Assembly (NCBI GenBank): GCA_951406725.2
Contig: OX597823.1
Coordinates: 57,846,001-57,910,000 of the forward strand
Length of the DNA: 64,000 nt
From: Octopus vulgaris
Lineage: Eukaryota
Direction: 5' to 3'
How positions within the stretch are numbered: the first letter of the stretch is position 1; every line of letters starts with the position of its first letter. A program made the translations under genes and the position numbers. The notes below the pieces were generated by a model. It had not been told where the DNA came from, ran no database searches, and saw only the letters and a program-made list of their open reading frames with translations. Shown here one piece after another: positions 26,989-40,457 of this stretch.

Positions 26989-27936
26989 TATACACACATA
27001 ACGTCTGATTGTCAATAATTTTTTTCTTCCATGCTTTTTTCATTTGTTTTGTCTGTCTCACTCAATCTATCTTCATTCCTCCCCACTCCAATATTTTTAT
27101 CTATACGGCTGACAACCGATCAATTCAATCAATTACACATGTCCCTTATGAATTTTAGGTATTGTGATTATGTAAATAACCATTATATTACACAAACACA
27201 TTTAGTGAAATATATGTAAGTATGTGAGTATATAGGCATATAATATTTATAGCTATACATTACATATATAGGTATATATTTATATATGTATTCTATCTAT
27301 TAATCTATTTATATATCTATTTGTCCCTATGTACGTAAACACACACACACACACACACAAATGCGTATGTTATAAATAAGAGCTACTAATGGTTTCTTAC
27401 CATTCAGACAAGTGGTTAGGCAGGTTTTTTTATAACGAGCTTGTGGCTCCAGTCACTCCCGGGCTCTGAACACATGGTATGTTCTGTTTGAAAATCACGA
27501 CTCTGGTACATGAGAAAACACGAGAAACCATGAGAAAATATGAGGTTGCTGCAAAAAGTGGAATGAGTAGATAAAAGATAGATAAAGGTGTACAAAGGAA
27601 AGAAAAGCAAATAAAGAAAAGAGTCACGTCTCCTTTGACGTTAGAAGTCATACTTTAACTAGGTCTTGCAAAAGAATTCAGCGGACTATTCTTTCCGGTT
27701 CATTGCACTCTGCATTCAGATACAGCGGATGTTACTTTGCGTCTTTCATATTGTCTGGACGATAAATAAATTATTTCTTTTGCACAGTAAATAGTCTTTC
27801 ACTTACTGCCATGTAGAATATTGTATAAATATCTCACAAACAGTAACCAGAATAGTTACTTACTATCGAACAAACACAAATAGAATACCACAAGGTGTTT
27901 TCATGTTTGGTGTTTCAAGTATATATTTATACAAAA

Positions 27937-28355
27937 AGGGCCGTGAGCTGGCAGAATCGGTAGCACGCCGGGCGAAATGCTCAGCGGTATTTCGTCTGCC
28001 GTTACGTTCTGAGTTCAAATTCCGCCGAGGTCGACTTTGCCTTTCATCCTTTCGGGGTCGATTAAATAAGTACCAGTTACGCACTGGGGTCGATATAATC
28101 GACTTAATCCGTTTGTCTGTCCTCGTTTGCCCCTTCTGTGTTTAGCACCTTGTGGGTAGTAAATAAATAGGTATTTCGTCTGCGGTATTACGTTCTGAGT
28201 TCAGATTCCTCCGAGGTCGACTTTACCTTTTATCCTTTTGCGGGCGATTAAGTAAGTACGAGCTACGCACTGGAGTCGATGTAATCGACTTAATCTCTTT
28301 GTCTGTCCTCGCTTGTCCCCTCTATGTTTAGCGCCCTGTGTGCAATAAAGAAATA
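27937..28355 (+). mobile_element. Dimeric SINE family A with 17-bp TSD
   Basis: Head unit plus headless second unit. TATATATTTATACAAAA at 27920-27936 and 28356-28372. Confidence 0.9.
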
Positions 28356-28377
28356 TATATATTTATACAAAATGTAG

Positions 28378-28590
28378 TGAAGGTACGTGGCTTAGTGTTT
28401 AAGGTATTCGGCTCACGATCGTAGGGACGGAAGTTCAATTCCCGGTGACGCATTGTGTCTTTGAGAACGACACTTTATTTTACGTCACTCCAGTCCGCTC
28501 AGCTGGCAAAATGGGTAGTACCTGTATTTCAAAGGGCCCAGTCTAACCACATTCTGCGTCACACTGAATCCACCTGAGAACTACGTACCA
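28378..28590 (+). mobile_element. tRNA-derived CORE-like SINE (family C)
   Basis: GTGGCTTAGTG A-box, GTTCAATTCCC B-box, then TGTGTCTTTGAGAACGACACTTTA...CTCAGCTG..AAATGGGTA resembling the MIR CORE domain. Confidence 0.7.
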
Positions 28591-28651
28591 ATCCAGGCAG
28601 TGAGCGTATATTATCTTTTTGGTAACGTGGAGAAGTTGAATATATCCCCAT

Positions 28652-29097
28652 GGCGAGCTGGTTGAATCGTTAGCACGACAGGTGAAATGCTCAGCGGTAT
28701 TTCGCAGGTCATTACGTTCTAAGTTCGAATTCCGCCGGGGTCGACTTTACCTTTCATTCTTCCTGGGTCGATAAATTGAGTACAAGTCAAGTACTGGGGT
28801 CCTTTTAATCGACTAACTTCCTCCCACAAAATTTGAGGCCTTGTACCTATAGTAGAAAGGAATATTATTATCATTGTTATTATTATTGAAGGCGGTGAGC
28901 TGGCGAAATCGTTAGCACACCGGGCAAAATTCTTGGCAGTATTTCTTTAGTCTTTATGTTCTGAGTTCAAATTCTGCCGAGGTCGGGTTTTCCTTTCATC
29001 CTTTCGGAGTCGATAAAGTACGTACCAGTCGAGCATTGGATCGAGGTAAATCAACCTTGTCACGAAATTACTGGAGTGCTACAAAAATTGAAACCAT
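28652..29097 (+). mobile_element. Two SINE family A copies (28652-28865, 28891-29097)
   Basis: Both have the head, B-box and core. Confidence 0.85.
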
Positions 29098-29164
29098 ATT
29101 TTGTTTGAAAGAACCTGAAAAGGAGTAAAAGCGAGGATAACTATTTTCTAATGTAGCCTCGTCT

Positions 29165-29400
29165 CTACCAAGGCCTCCAGAGTGAATTTGCTTGAAGGAA
29201 GCGTTTATGTGTCTTTCTGTTTGTCTGCCAAAACTGCTTGAGAACCAGCGTTGGTTTCTTTACGTAGCCGTTAGTTAATGTGTCAGAAAAAGAGACCAAT
29301 AAAATACAAACCTGACAGAAAAGTACTAGGGTGAGTTTGCTGGGCCAAATCCTTCAAGGTGGTGCCTCAGAATGGTCGCATCGTGCGTTATACGAGCGAA
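29165..29400 (+). mobile_element. SINE family B 3' remnant
   Basis: Similar to the reverse complement of 40879-41060 (AAAAGAGACC.ATA.AATA...GGTGGTGCC.CAG.ATGG). Confidence 0.55.
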
Positions 29401-29631
29401 ATAATGGCATATTAATGACTATACCAATGATGAATCATCTAACAAAATACACAGGCGCAGCCAAATATGTCTGCAGGGAAATAACATATACCGTTGTACG
29501 TAATGATTTTGTTGCTATTAGTTACCGTGTAATAGTCGTTGTATAACTATAAGTACTGTGCATATGTCATGGGACTGTTTGTTAGCTTCCAGCAGTGTAG
29601 ATATATACGAGGTACATGTTTATGTATATAA

Positions 29632-29668
<37 letters not shown>

Positions 29669-29760
29669 TATATATATGTGTGTATACATGTATATATGTT
29701 TATATATACATATACATACATATATATATTCATACATATGTATACATATACATATATATG

Positions 29761-29815
<55 letters not shown>

Positions 29816-29885
29816 TATATATGTATATATATATACACATAAATATGTATATATGTATGTAAATATGTGTATATATGTATATATA

Positions 29886-29927
<42 letters not shown>

Positions 29928-30012
29928 TGTATATATACATGCACATATATGTATATATTTGTATATATTTATCTCTATATATATCTGTATCCAAACAGAC
30001 ATATATATATAT

Positions 30013-30344
30013 ATGGCTCAGTGGTTAGAGCGTCGAGCTTACGATCGTGACGTTGTGAGCTCGAATACCGGACCGGGCTGCGTGTTGTGTTCTTGAGCAA
30101 GACACTTTATTTCACGTTGCTCCAGTTCACTCAGCTGTAGAAATGAGTTGCGACGTCACAGGTGCCAAGCTGTATCGACCTTTGTCTTTCCCTTGGATAA
30201 CACTGGTGGCGTGGAGAGGGGAGGCCGGTATGCATGGGCGACTACTGGCCTTCCATAAAACAACCTTGCCCAGACTTGTGCCTCAGAGGGTAACTCTCTA
30301 GGTGCAAACCCATGGTCACTCATGACCGAAGGGGGTCTTTACCC

Positions 30345-30347
<3 letters not shown>
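30013..30347 (+). mobile_element. tRNA-derived CORE-like SINE (family C)
   Basis: TGGCTCAGTGGTTAGAGCG head and TGTGTTCTTGAGCAAGACACTTTATTTCACGTTGCTCCAGTTCACTCAGCTGTAGAAATGAG core. Its 3' part recurs at ~48700-48755. Confidence 0.8.
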
Positions 30348-30375
<28 letters not shown>

Positions 30376-30996
30376 AAAGACACAAATATATATGATAAGT
30401 CATCGAAGAATATATATATATATACACTTTGAGAAAGTATGTTTATGTTGCACATGCGCAATCATAGGAGTGCCCAGGGACACAAACTGTTATGACATAA
30501 CAGCTACGCCGCTTCTAGTACATAAATAAACAGGTATCGTTGATATGTGTTGCCAGAAGGGCGAAAATTTGATAGTTTCCTGGTACATATGCACGAAGTA
30601 AACCTAAATTCCATATCTATACATACACATGTATATATTTGTTTATTTATTTAGCATTCTTTCACAAAAATATTATTTAGAGTGACTTCGAAGTTTCGAC
30701 CACCTTACCCGTCATGGTACAGTCCGATGAAAGCTAGGTAGGCCGAAACTTAGTATTCATATTTGAATTAGATGGCAGCCAAATAACCAAGAAGTGCGTG
30801 ATTGTTAAACTGTGCATTTTGGGCTCACCTCTCCCTCATTGCGGCTTTAGCATGTTGCATTCAAGACCTGTATAAAATATCAATAATTACGTACTGAGTT
30901 TTTGCCTATGTTAAATTTAAATGATACTAATATTAATGTTACTAAGAAGGGATTTGGTAGCTGTATGCATATATGTATGCACAAATGTGGCCTATA

Positions 30997-31054
30997 TATA
31001 ATAATAATAACAATTATAATAATAATAATAACAATAATAATAATAATAATAATA

Positions 31055-31099
<45 letters not shown>

Positions 31100-31132
31100 A
31101 TGATAATAATAATAATCATGATGATGATGATG

Positions 31133-31219
<87 letters not shown>

Positions 31220-31242
31220 GTAATAATGATGATGATGATGAT
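30997..31242. repeat. Compound (TAA)n/(TTA)n/(TGA)n microsatellite
   Basis: Direct inspection. Confidence 0.95.
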
Positions 31243-31829
31243 GTTTATAAAGTGTTAAGCATTTACGGTATGCAAAATAGGGACTCCTGCATAGAATAAC
31301 TGCTGTATTTGTTGAGTATATATAGAGTTTATAGAGCGGTTAAACATTTTCGGTATGCAAATTAGAGACTCCTGCATAGAATAACTGCAGCATTTGTTGA
31401 GTATTTAAACAGTTTATAAAGTGCTAAACATTTTCGGTATGCAAATTAGGGACTCCTGCATAGAATAACTGCTGTATTTGTTGAGTATATATAGAGTTTA
31501 TAGAACGGTTACACAATTTCGGAATGCAAATTAGGGACTCCTGCATAGACTAACTGCTGCATTTGTTGAGTATATATATAGTTTATAGAGTGGTTAAAAA
31601 TTTTCGGTATGCAAATTAGGGACTCCTGCATAGAATTAACTGGTGTATTTGTTGAGTATATATAGATTGGTTAAAAATGTTCGGAATGCAAATTAGGGAC
31701 TCCTGCATATAATTAACTGCTGTATTTGTTGAGTATATATATAGTTTATAGAGCTGTTAAAAATTTTCGGTATGCAAATTAGGGACTCCTTCATAGAATA
31801 ACTGCTGTATTGGTTGAATATTTAAACAG
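31243..31829. repeat. Minisatellite, 7 copies of ~85 bp
   Basis: Unit GTTTATAGAG.GGTTAAA.ATTTTCGGTATGCAAATTAGGGACTCCTGCATAGAATAACTGCTGTATTTGTTGAGTATATATA. GGACTCC anchors at ~31281, 31365, 31449, 31534, 31619, 31696 and 31782. Confidence 0.95.
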
Positions 31830-31883
31830 ATGGATGGATGGATGACATTTATATTGCTGCTGCTACAACTACTGGGGTGCTGC

Positions 31884-32565
31884 TGATTTCAGATTTTTTA
31901 AAGTATAATATGTCACTATGGAACACGAAGCTCCAATTATATCATTCTAATGGAGTATTGCGCTCAAACAACATTAGCATAAACTGTGGAATTTTCCAAG
32001 GTGACTCACTTTCACCACTAATTTTCTGCATAGCACTAATACCACTCTCAAGTGAACTGAATAGGACAGGATATGGCTACAAAATTGACAACTGGAAAAT
32101 AATCCATTTATTTTATATGGATGATTTAAAGCTATATGGCCAAAATGATGAAGAGTTTGAAGGATTATTACATACCGTGAAAGGATTCAGTGATGATATC
32201 GGGATGGAGTTTGGCCTTGAAAAGTGTGCCAAAGCCACTTTTAAGAAAGGGAAATTGGTAAAGTTTAGTTCAATCGAATTAGATGTCGAAACAGTTATAA
32301 AGGAACTTGAGCAGGAACAAACCTATAAATACCTAGGAATAAATGAAGGCTCTGGTATCCAGCATGCAAGCATGAAAGAGAAGGTTAGGAAGGAATGTTA
32401 TAGAAGAGTTCGAGCAGTCCTGAAGTCTGAGTTGGATGTATATAATAATGTGTTAGCCATAAATTCCTTAGCAGTACCAGTTGTTCTTTATAGCTTCAAT
32501 GTGCTTAACTGGAATACCAGTGAAATAATGAAAATTGACAGAAAAATCCGCAAGCTACTGACGAG
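31884..32565 (+). mobile_element. R4/Dong-clade non-LTR retrotransposon RT fragment (open frame)
   Basis: ORF 31838-32590: GIFQGDSLSPLIFCIALIPLS, GYGYKI, HLFYMDDLKLY, IGMEFGLEKCAK, YKYLGI, AINSLAVPVVLYSF, IDRKIRKLLT. Confidence 0.9.
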
Positions 32566-32571
32566 TAAATA

Positions 32572-33063
32572 CAAGGTGTCCCAAAATTAGTGATGATTTG
32601 AGTGAAATCGGATGCATTTTTTAAAAACTCACTTTTATTTATGTTTATCATGTTTAATATGTGTTAAAAGTGTATAACTTTTGAATTTTGCTTATAATAT
32701 TATTATCATTCCTTTTTGTTGGACCCCTCTTATTTGTCCATAACAGCTTTTTTTTTCAGTTTGGCAGCAATCATATTCTTTACCTCCATCCCCAAGATAA
32801 AACAATTGTTTAGCTGAGCTTAAAGAACACATTCAGTTAGCAGTGCAAGAGCTAACCCCTGAAATGCTTCAAAATGCGTGTCACAACGCTAAGGGGAGAT
32901 TTGAAGTATGCAGGGATACAGAAATGTTTAAAATTCTCAATAAAAGTTTGACGTAAGATTTATAAATCTATTTGTCATGGTAATTAATATAAAATTCTGT
33001 CAGTTTTTCTTTTTAAATTTGCTCGATTTCCTTGAAACAGATAGTTAATTCTGGAACACCCCG
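32572..33063 (+). mobile_element. Deleted Tc1/mariner element
   Basis: TA-flanked TIRs CAAGGTGTCCCAAAATTAG and revcomp CGGGGTGTTCCAGAATTAA. C-terminal remnant LAELKEHIQLAVQELTPEMLQNACHNAKGRFEVC. Confidence 0.8.
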
Positions 33064-33199
33064 TACGTTGCGGCGTTGTTAGTTGTTGCGTTGCTCAAGA
33101 AAATATTAAAATCAAATGTCTTCTCTCCGTAAACATTCGTCTTTTTTGTTAAGCATAGTGTATCAAAGAGTATAGTATTCAAAATGTATCTCTCCTTTA

Positions 33200-33321
33200 T
33201 AGGCGTATTTGTGTGGGTGAAGAGCTTGCTTTCCAACCATGTCGCCGTGGGTTCAGTCTCACTGTGCGGCACGTTGAGCAATTCTCTTTCATTACAACCC
33301 CGTACCGACCAATGCTTTGTG
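33200..33321 (+). mobile_element. SINE family B 5' fragment
   Basis: GTGTGGGTGAAGAGCTTGCTTTCCAACCAT...GGGTTCAGTCTCACTG matches the reverse complement of 41160-41287. Confidence 0.65.
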
Positions 33322-33480
33322 TATTATATAATTGCTATTACTGTATTAATATATAAAATAACAGATAAAAATCACTTATTATTGTCATATAATAAACAGA
33401 AGTTTCTCTATGAAATTGATCTTTTTCTACTTCAGTTACTACATGTATTTTTCTTATAAAATACACACACAAAAGATGAT

Positions 33481-33580
<100 letters not shown>

Positions 33581-33682
33581 TATATATACCTATATATAAT
33601 AACACTTTGAATGTGGCCCCCGAGAAAGAGTAAAAGTAATCACCCGATCAACGACTGGCATTACTGCAAGCCGCGTATAAAA

Positions 33683-33880
33683 GAGCGAGCTGGCAGAATC
33701 TTTACCGCACCGGGCTAAATGTTTTACCAGAATTCTTCCGACTTTACGTTCTGAGTTTCTAAGCCATCGGGGTCGAGTTTGCTTTTGGTTCTTATTTTAC
33801 CGGTTAGTTAGTGAGGGTCAATGAAATCGACTTATACCTTCTCCTAAAATTGCTACTCATCTGTCAAAATTTGAAATTAA
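33683..33880 (+). mobile_element. SINE family A (degenerate)
   Basis: GCGAGCTGGCAGAATC head and TTACGTTCTGAGTT. Confidence 0.7.
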
Positions 33881-33915
33881 TATATGTATGCAATATATAT
33901 ATATATATATATATA

Positions 33916-34193
33916 TCACGTGATCACGTGACCGACCAGACCATCATATGTTGCTACACATCGCTGGTCACAATGCGTTCGCATTGTTTTTAGCCTTCGA
34001 ATGACGCCACCCCGAAAGAGTGAGAGAAAGATTGGTGAAAGAGTACAGCAGGGATCACCACCCCCTGCCGGAGCCTCGTGGAGCTTTTTTAGGTGTTTTT
34101 GCTCAATAAACACACAACGCCCGGTCTGGGAATCGAAACCGCGAACCTACGACCGCGAGTCCGCTGCCCTAACCACTGGGCCATTGCGCCTCC
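33916..34193 (-). mobile_element. tRNA-derived SINE (family D)
   Basis: Revcomp GGAGGCGCAATGGCCCAGTGGTTAGGGCAGCGGACTCGCGGTCGTAGG...GGTTTCGATTCCCAGACC head, then a non-tRNA body ending TCACGTGATCACGTGA in (TA)n. Confidence 0.8.
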
Positions 34194-34216
34194 ACACACA
34201 CACATATATATATATA

Positions 34217-34278
<62 letters not shown>

Positions 34279-34469
34279 ATATATATAACATTCGTTTTAG
34301 TTTGTGATAGGTAGATATACTGGGCACTGCGAAAATCTTTAAACTTTATGAAGTGCTCACTCTGAGATACGAACTCCCAAAGCTTGGTTCGAAAAGTTTT
34401 CAAACAAAAGGTCGTTAGTTAGTGAGGTTCATCCAGTATTAAATATACATGCACAAATATATATATGAG

Positions 34470-34578
<109 letters not shown>

Positions 34579-34670
34579 ATAAGGAAAACTTAACAGAAAT
34601 TGTCAGGTAATAGCGTAAGAACCTCATAAGAAAAAATTTCGAAAATAATTATTTCTTATTGAACATATTA

Positions 34671-34780
<110 letters not shown>

Positions 34781-34963
34781 CACACACACACACGCACACA
34801 CATATACACTCTCACACACACGCATGTATAAATGTATGGACAAAAATACACACACGTATATGTAGTGAAATCAAATAAACAAGCATTAAAAATAGCAAAA
34901 CAAACGACAAAAGGACGTGCACATGGAATGTATTTGCTTGACGCTCATTAAGATGAAATAGGA

Positions 34964-34996
34964 TTTGACGTTTCGGGCATGGATTTTCGTCAGAAA
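34964..34996 (-). ncRNA. Degenerate minimal hammerhead motif (stem II disrupted)
   Basis: Revcomp TTT-CTGACGA-AAATCCATGCCC-GAAAC-GTC-AAA. Confidence 0.6.
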
Positions 34997-35866
34997 GGAA
35001 AGCACAAAAGTCCAAAGACATAAAAAACACCGACGACGCGTGTGTAGTTATATTGCTGAAGTGTGTGTACATGTCTGTGTGTAAATGTGTAGGAGTATTT
35101 TCTTATTCGTACTCGTCTATAGGCGGTTGTAAACCTGTGTGTGTCCTCGTTCCCTTATTTCTAGCACTCCGGCAAAAAGAAATGGATAAAATAGGAATTA
35201 CGGCTTAAAATATCCTTCAGGAGTTGGTTTGATCGGTTAACAATAATTCAAGGTGGTACGCCAATCATGGTTGCTTGCCAAAGACTGAAATATAGAAACG
35301 AATAAGAGAATTATAGATGCATGAAATACTATGAACTTATCTAATTCCGTATCTATGTGCATACGTATGTACTAAATGGCAGTACGTGTATTTATTTGCC
35401 ATGACTACACGCATGTGTATTTGTGTGTATATGCATGTGTAATAGTGTGTCAACAGGTATACGATAACGCTTGTTTAAGTCGTGAATTAACCAGTTTAAT
35501 GTCAATCCTCAAGACCGCCATTGAAGGTAATACCTTTGGGTGATAAGAAACGACCGTAGAGCCACCCTAAAATTGTCTCCGTACAAACTTGTGATTGCAC
35601 GTCCTTCGAAATCAATGATGTGTAGTGAGCAGGAACTAAACTAAGTAACGTTTTACGCTTAATTGTGATTAGTTTTACCATCCTTGGAACTTAAGTGACA
35701 ATATTTGGTAAAGTTAACCATAAAAACTTCCACTTCTCTGCTTCACAGAAATTCTATAATACAGTCCACTCACTCCTTCGTCATCACCTTTCTCTTTCTC
35801 TTTGTTTGTTTGTTTATTTTTAATTCACTCAATGACGACCTATCCAGCTAATCTCTTTCTCTCTTT

Positions 35867-36280
<414 letters not shown>

Positions 36281-36474
36281 ACATCTATGCAACTTCAATG
36301 CTATCCAGCTCCAAACCCACGTCCTCTTCTTCGCTCCCTCCAAGCACTTCTGTTATTTCACAGGTGATTCTTATAAGTGTTGTGCACGAACTGTTCGCCA
36401 AACACCCATGGAAAACAATACAATTAATTTACACAGCATCAATAAAATCAAAAACAACTACAAACTTCAGTGCT

Positions 36475-36590
36475 AATAATAGTTGTAACAGTATTATTAG
36501 CAATTGTAGAAGCAGCAGCAGCAGCAGCACTATTAGTAGTAATAGCAGTGGTAGCAGCAGTAGTAGCAGCAACAGCAGCAGCACCAATAT

Positions 36591-36625
<35 letters not shown>

Positions 36626-36900
36626 TGAGGGAGAAAATGAGAAGTAGATGTTTCACCTACATTAACGTCAACTAAGGAAATTAAAAACGGCTCCAACCGA
36701 ACTCTCCTGACACACATTAACTACTGAATAGCAGAGATACACATATAACTACGACAGCAGCAGCAACAGCAGCAGCAAGAACAACAAGAACAAGTACAGA
36801 ACAAGAACAACAACAACAGCAACAACAACAACAACACAAACAGCAACAACAATGGCAACGAAAAACAACAGCGGCACTCATAGTAACAGCAATAACAACA
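36475..36900. repeat. Low-complexity (AGC)/(AGT)/(AAC) trinucleotide region
   Basis: Direct inspection. Confidence 0.85.
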
Positions 36901-37201
36901 GCTTCACTAATTATCTCCTATCTTGATTTCTCTATCACTTACACAACAGAAGCACAGATGTAAACTCAACACCCATTACATTACTTGATTCAGGAGGAGC
37001 GGGGAGGCAATGTGAGGGCATATATGTGCTTACACGGACACACATATCCATACATATTTACATACACACAAAATATATATATACACACACACATATATAT
37101 ATATATATGTATGTATGATATGTATTGTACTATGTAGATAAGTGCTAGTACTTGATTGCTTTCTGTATTTAACCTTCTTAGTTTCATATGCACCATATAC
37201 C

Positions 37202-37238
<37 letters not shown>

Positions 37239-37365
37239 GTTTGTGTGTATGTGTGTATGTGTGTGTGTGTGCATGTATATATATGTGTACACACACATAT
37301 ATATACATACATATATATATATATACATGCACACGCACACAACACACATACACACACACACATGA

Positions 37366-37545
37366 CGCCATGATAGATCGTTAGCCACTACACACATTTT
37401 TCCATCTCCTTGTTCCTCTACTTGTTGTTCCTCTCCTTCTTATAGAAGAGCGTAGGCTCGAAACGTAATAGACTTTTTATATTCCTGAGCGTTATACTAA
37501 TACATCTGTCTTCGTCTTTTGTTTCTTTCGTAAACTCTCCCTATA
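37366..37545 (+). mobile_element. Family H hammerhead-like element, copy 2
   Basis: CGCCATGATAGATCGTTAGC...TTATAGAAGAGCGTAGGCTCGAAACGTAATAGAC...CCTGAGCG...CTTCGTCTTTTG. Confidence 0.8.
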
Positions 37546-37632
37546 TTGCAATTGTATATATATATATATACATATATATATATTTATGTACTAACCCCAA
37601 GTTTCCGATTTCAATTCCAAGCAGTGTGCTGA

Positions 37633-37703
<71 letters not shown>

Positions 37704-38264
37704 CAACAACAACAACAACAACATCAAAAAATACTTTGGGAATGAGAACACAGGGTTGGGTTCAAAATTCCACCAGGTAAATCAGGTAAATCAACGGAAA
37801 CGTTATAATGACAACAAACAAGAAGACGACACTTATCCGTCCAATGTAAATAATGAAAATAATGTACAGAATTACTCATCTCTGAAATATAGAACAGTAA
37901 GTTTGTACTTGCATGTATATAATATATGATAGTATGCCTAGTGTCCGTCAGGATAGAACCTCAAATAAACATTTGATAATTTAGCAGTTCATATTTTGTT
38001 TTGTCCAAAATCTGAAACTTTTGATAATTAGCTGTTCTAATGACGTACCATATGCTAGCAACGAATAATTGCTAGGAAATGACAAGAATTCTCGATTGAA
38101 CAGTAGTTTTGTTGGCATTTCCGTTTGAGCTCCGTCTTTTCACATGGCCAACTCCATAATAATCTCAAATACCGAATGCTACCTAGATGCCTAGGTACAT
38201 TTGAGCCTAAAAAATATTTGCCCAAATAATTGGCAGAAATATGTAATTCACGAACATTATATTG

Positions 38265-38446
38265 GTTTAAAATATATTTTGGTGGAGGGGTAAGTCACTT
38301 GCATCAAACCCAGGACTCAACTGGTACTTATTTTTTCGGTCCCCAACGGATTAAAGGCAATGTCGACCTCGGCGGAATTTGAACGCAGAATGTAAAGAAG
38401 GACGAAATGCTACGAAGCATTTTGTCTGATGTGCTAATGCGCGCTC
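38265..38446 (-). mobile_element. SINE family A with ~21-bp TSD
   Basis: TAATTCAC(G/A)AACATTATATTG at 38244-38264 and 38447-38467. Confidence 0.85.
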
Positions 38447-38938
38447 TAATTCACAAACATTATATTGTCACATGTTGTCATGTCGAGATATTCCATGTGG
38501 TGGAGTCCGTCAACCCACAAACGTCACAGGCTTCTATCTGTAAAATAAGCTAACAGCTTTCAGCCTACTAGCTTTTTTGCATCAAGTTGTACGTTAGAAC
38601 CGCCTTCAGGCATGAACACGTTGGACAATTGCCTTTATGTCTCACCCATCTAGAGGCTCACTTCTGATGTATGCAATGAGCTAACTGTCAATAGACAAAC
38701 ACTCTAGGGCTCAGTGCACTGAATTGCTCGGGGGCCTATAAACTTTCAAAGCCGGTTTTGATTTGAACGTATAATCGACGAGTGGTTTGTCCGCAATGAT
38801 CTTGAGTTAGGTTCTCCTTATTGGGGATGGGGCAAAGATTTAACGTTCAAGTGTCTTAGACCATTCGACTATTAATGTGCACCACGATTTAGGTACAAGT
38901 ATTATAACAAACACTGATAGTAATATTCAGTTATGGTA

Positions 38939-39156
38939 AGGCGGTGGGCTGGAAGAATCGTTAGTATTCCGGAGAAAAAAAAACGCTTAGCAGCATCTTG
39001 TCCGTTTTCATGTTCTGACTTCAAATTCCGTCAAGGTCAACATTGCCTTTCATCATTTCAGGGTCGGTAAAATGAGTACCATTTGAGCGCTAGGGTCGAT
39101 GAACTTGTCTTATCCACCTCCCAGAAATTGCTGGTCTTGTGCCAAAATGTGAAACC
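38939..39156 (+). mobile_element. SINE family A with 17-bp TSD
   Basis: AATA(T/C)TCAGTTATGGTA at 38922-38938 and 39157-39173. Confidence 0.85.
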
Positions 39157-39534
39157 AATACTCAGTTATGGTATCTTAATTTAGCTCTCGTTGTTGAATT
39201 CCTTTCTTCTAATGTCTATACAGAAATAATGGCGAAATAGGAAACAAAATGTAAATAACATGAACCTGGGTACGTTCACTGACATTCATTGTAGCTTAAT
39301 CTAAATTTGTTGGCTTTTCGTTAATCTTATTGCTATTAAACATGTCTCTCTTATTACGTTGAGAGATTTCTATTTCGATTGAAAATCGGTTTTGAAAGGA
39401 ATATCAGTGTATATTTGCTGAATGTCTCAGTGTGTGTGCTTGCGCAATTGTACCCGATGTGTATTACACACACACATGAATGTTGGTGCTTATATATATA
39501 TACGTATATATGAATGCGCTTACGCATGTACCAT

Positions 39535-39598
<64 letters not shown>

Positions 39599-39605
39599 GT
39601 ATATG

Positions 39606-39646
<41 letters not shown>

Positions 39647-39682
39647 CAAAGTGAAGTTGAAAAACGCACGAGTGAAAACATA

Positions 39683-39811
<129 letters not shown>

Positions 39812-40457
39812 GAGAGAGTGTGAGTGCGTATGTGACACAGAGATAGGTAGATAGGTAGATTGATAGAGAGAGAGACAGACAGACAGAGACAGAGTGAAAG
39901 AGAGAGAGAAAGAGGGATGCATACTTATAAATATTAAATAATACTTCTTTAAGTGGGTATCATTTTATTATATCATTACAGACACCTTCGTTCTGCAAAG
40001 TGGATGTATTTACATAATTTTATTTTCATATTTTATTATCATTATATTTCTCATATATTTGTATCGTATTTTTGCTCGTTTAACTAGCCATTAGCCACAG
40101 TCCATTAAGCAAATAGCAATGGGAAACATTGCAAACCAATTGCTTTCAAGTTGTAAATAAATGTGAATATTATTTAATTACGGGGTCACATTTTCATCGG
40201 AGCATATGGGGAGAATAAAAGGGATTAGCTATCTCTGTTTCGAATTATGCGCTTTCCCTTTTCTTTGATTTGGAGCAGTAGAAATGGCTGTTATTCTGAA
40301 TAACGTTTGGAACATTGTACCGATATACTACTTGCATATCCGCATGCAAATAGGAACTCGACGAAATTTGCCTATGAGTATGTATGTATGTATGTATGTA
40401 TGTATGTATGTATGTATGTATGTATGTATGTATGTATGCATGTATGTGTGTATGTAT

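Noticed and set aside
31243-31829. CRISPR-like periodicity (also 13610-14375)
   Set aside because: Whole units repeat with no unique spacers, there are no cas genes, and the context is eukaryotic.
34120-34193. tRNA gene (also 30013-30075 and 28380-28445)
   Set aside because: A/B boxes are present, but the acceptor stems are imperfect and the sequence continues into SINE bodies.
37720-37900. Repeat-like segment with GGAAACGTT after a short local duplication
   Set aside because: May be a relic of another hammerhead element, but no CUGANGA survives in this copy.
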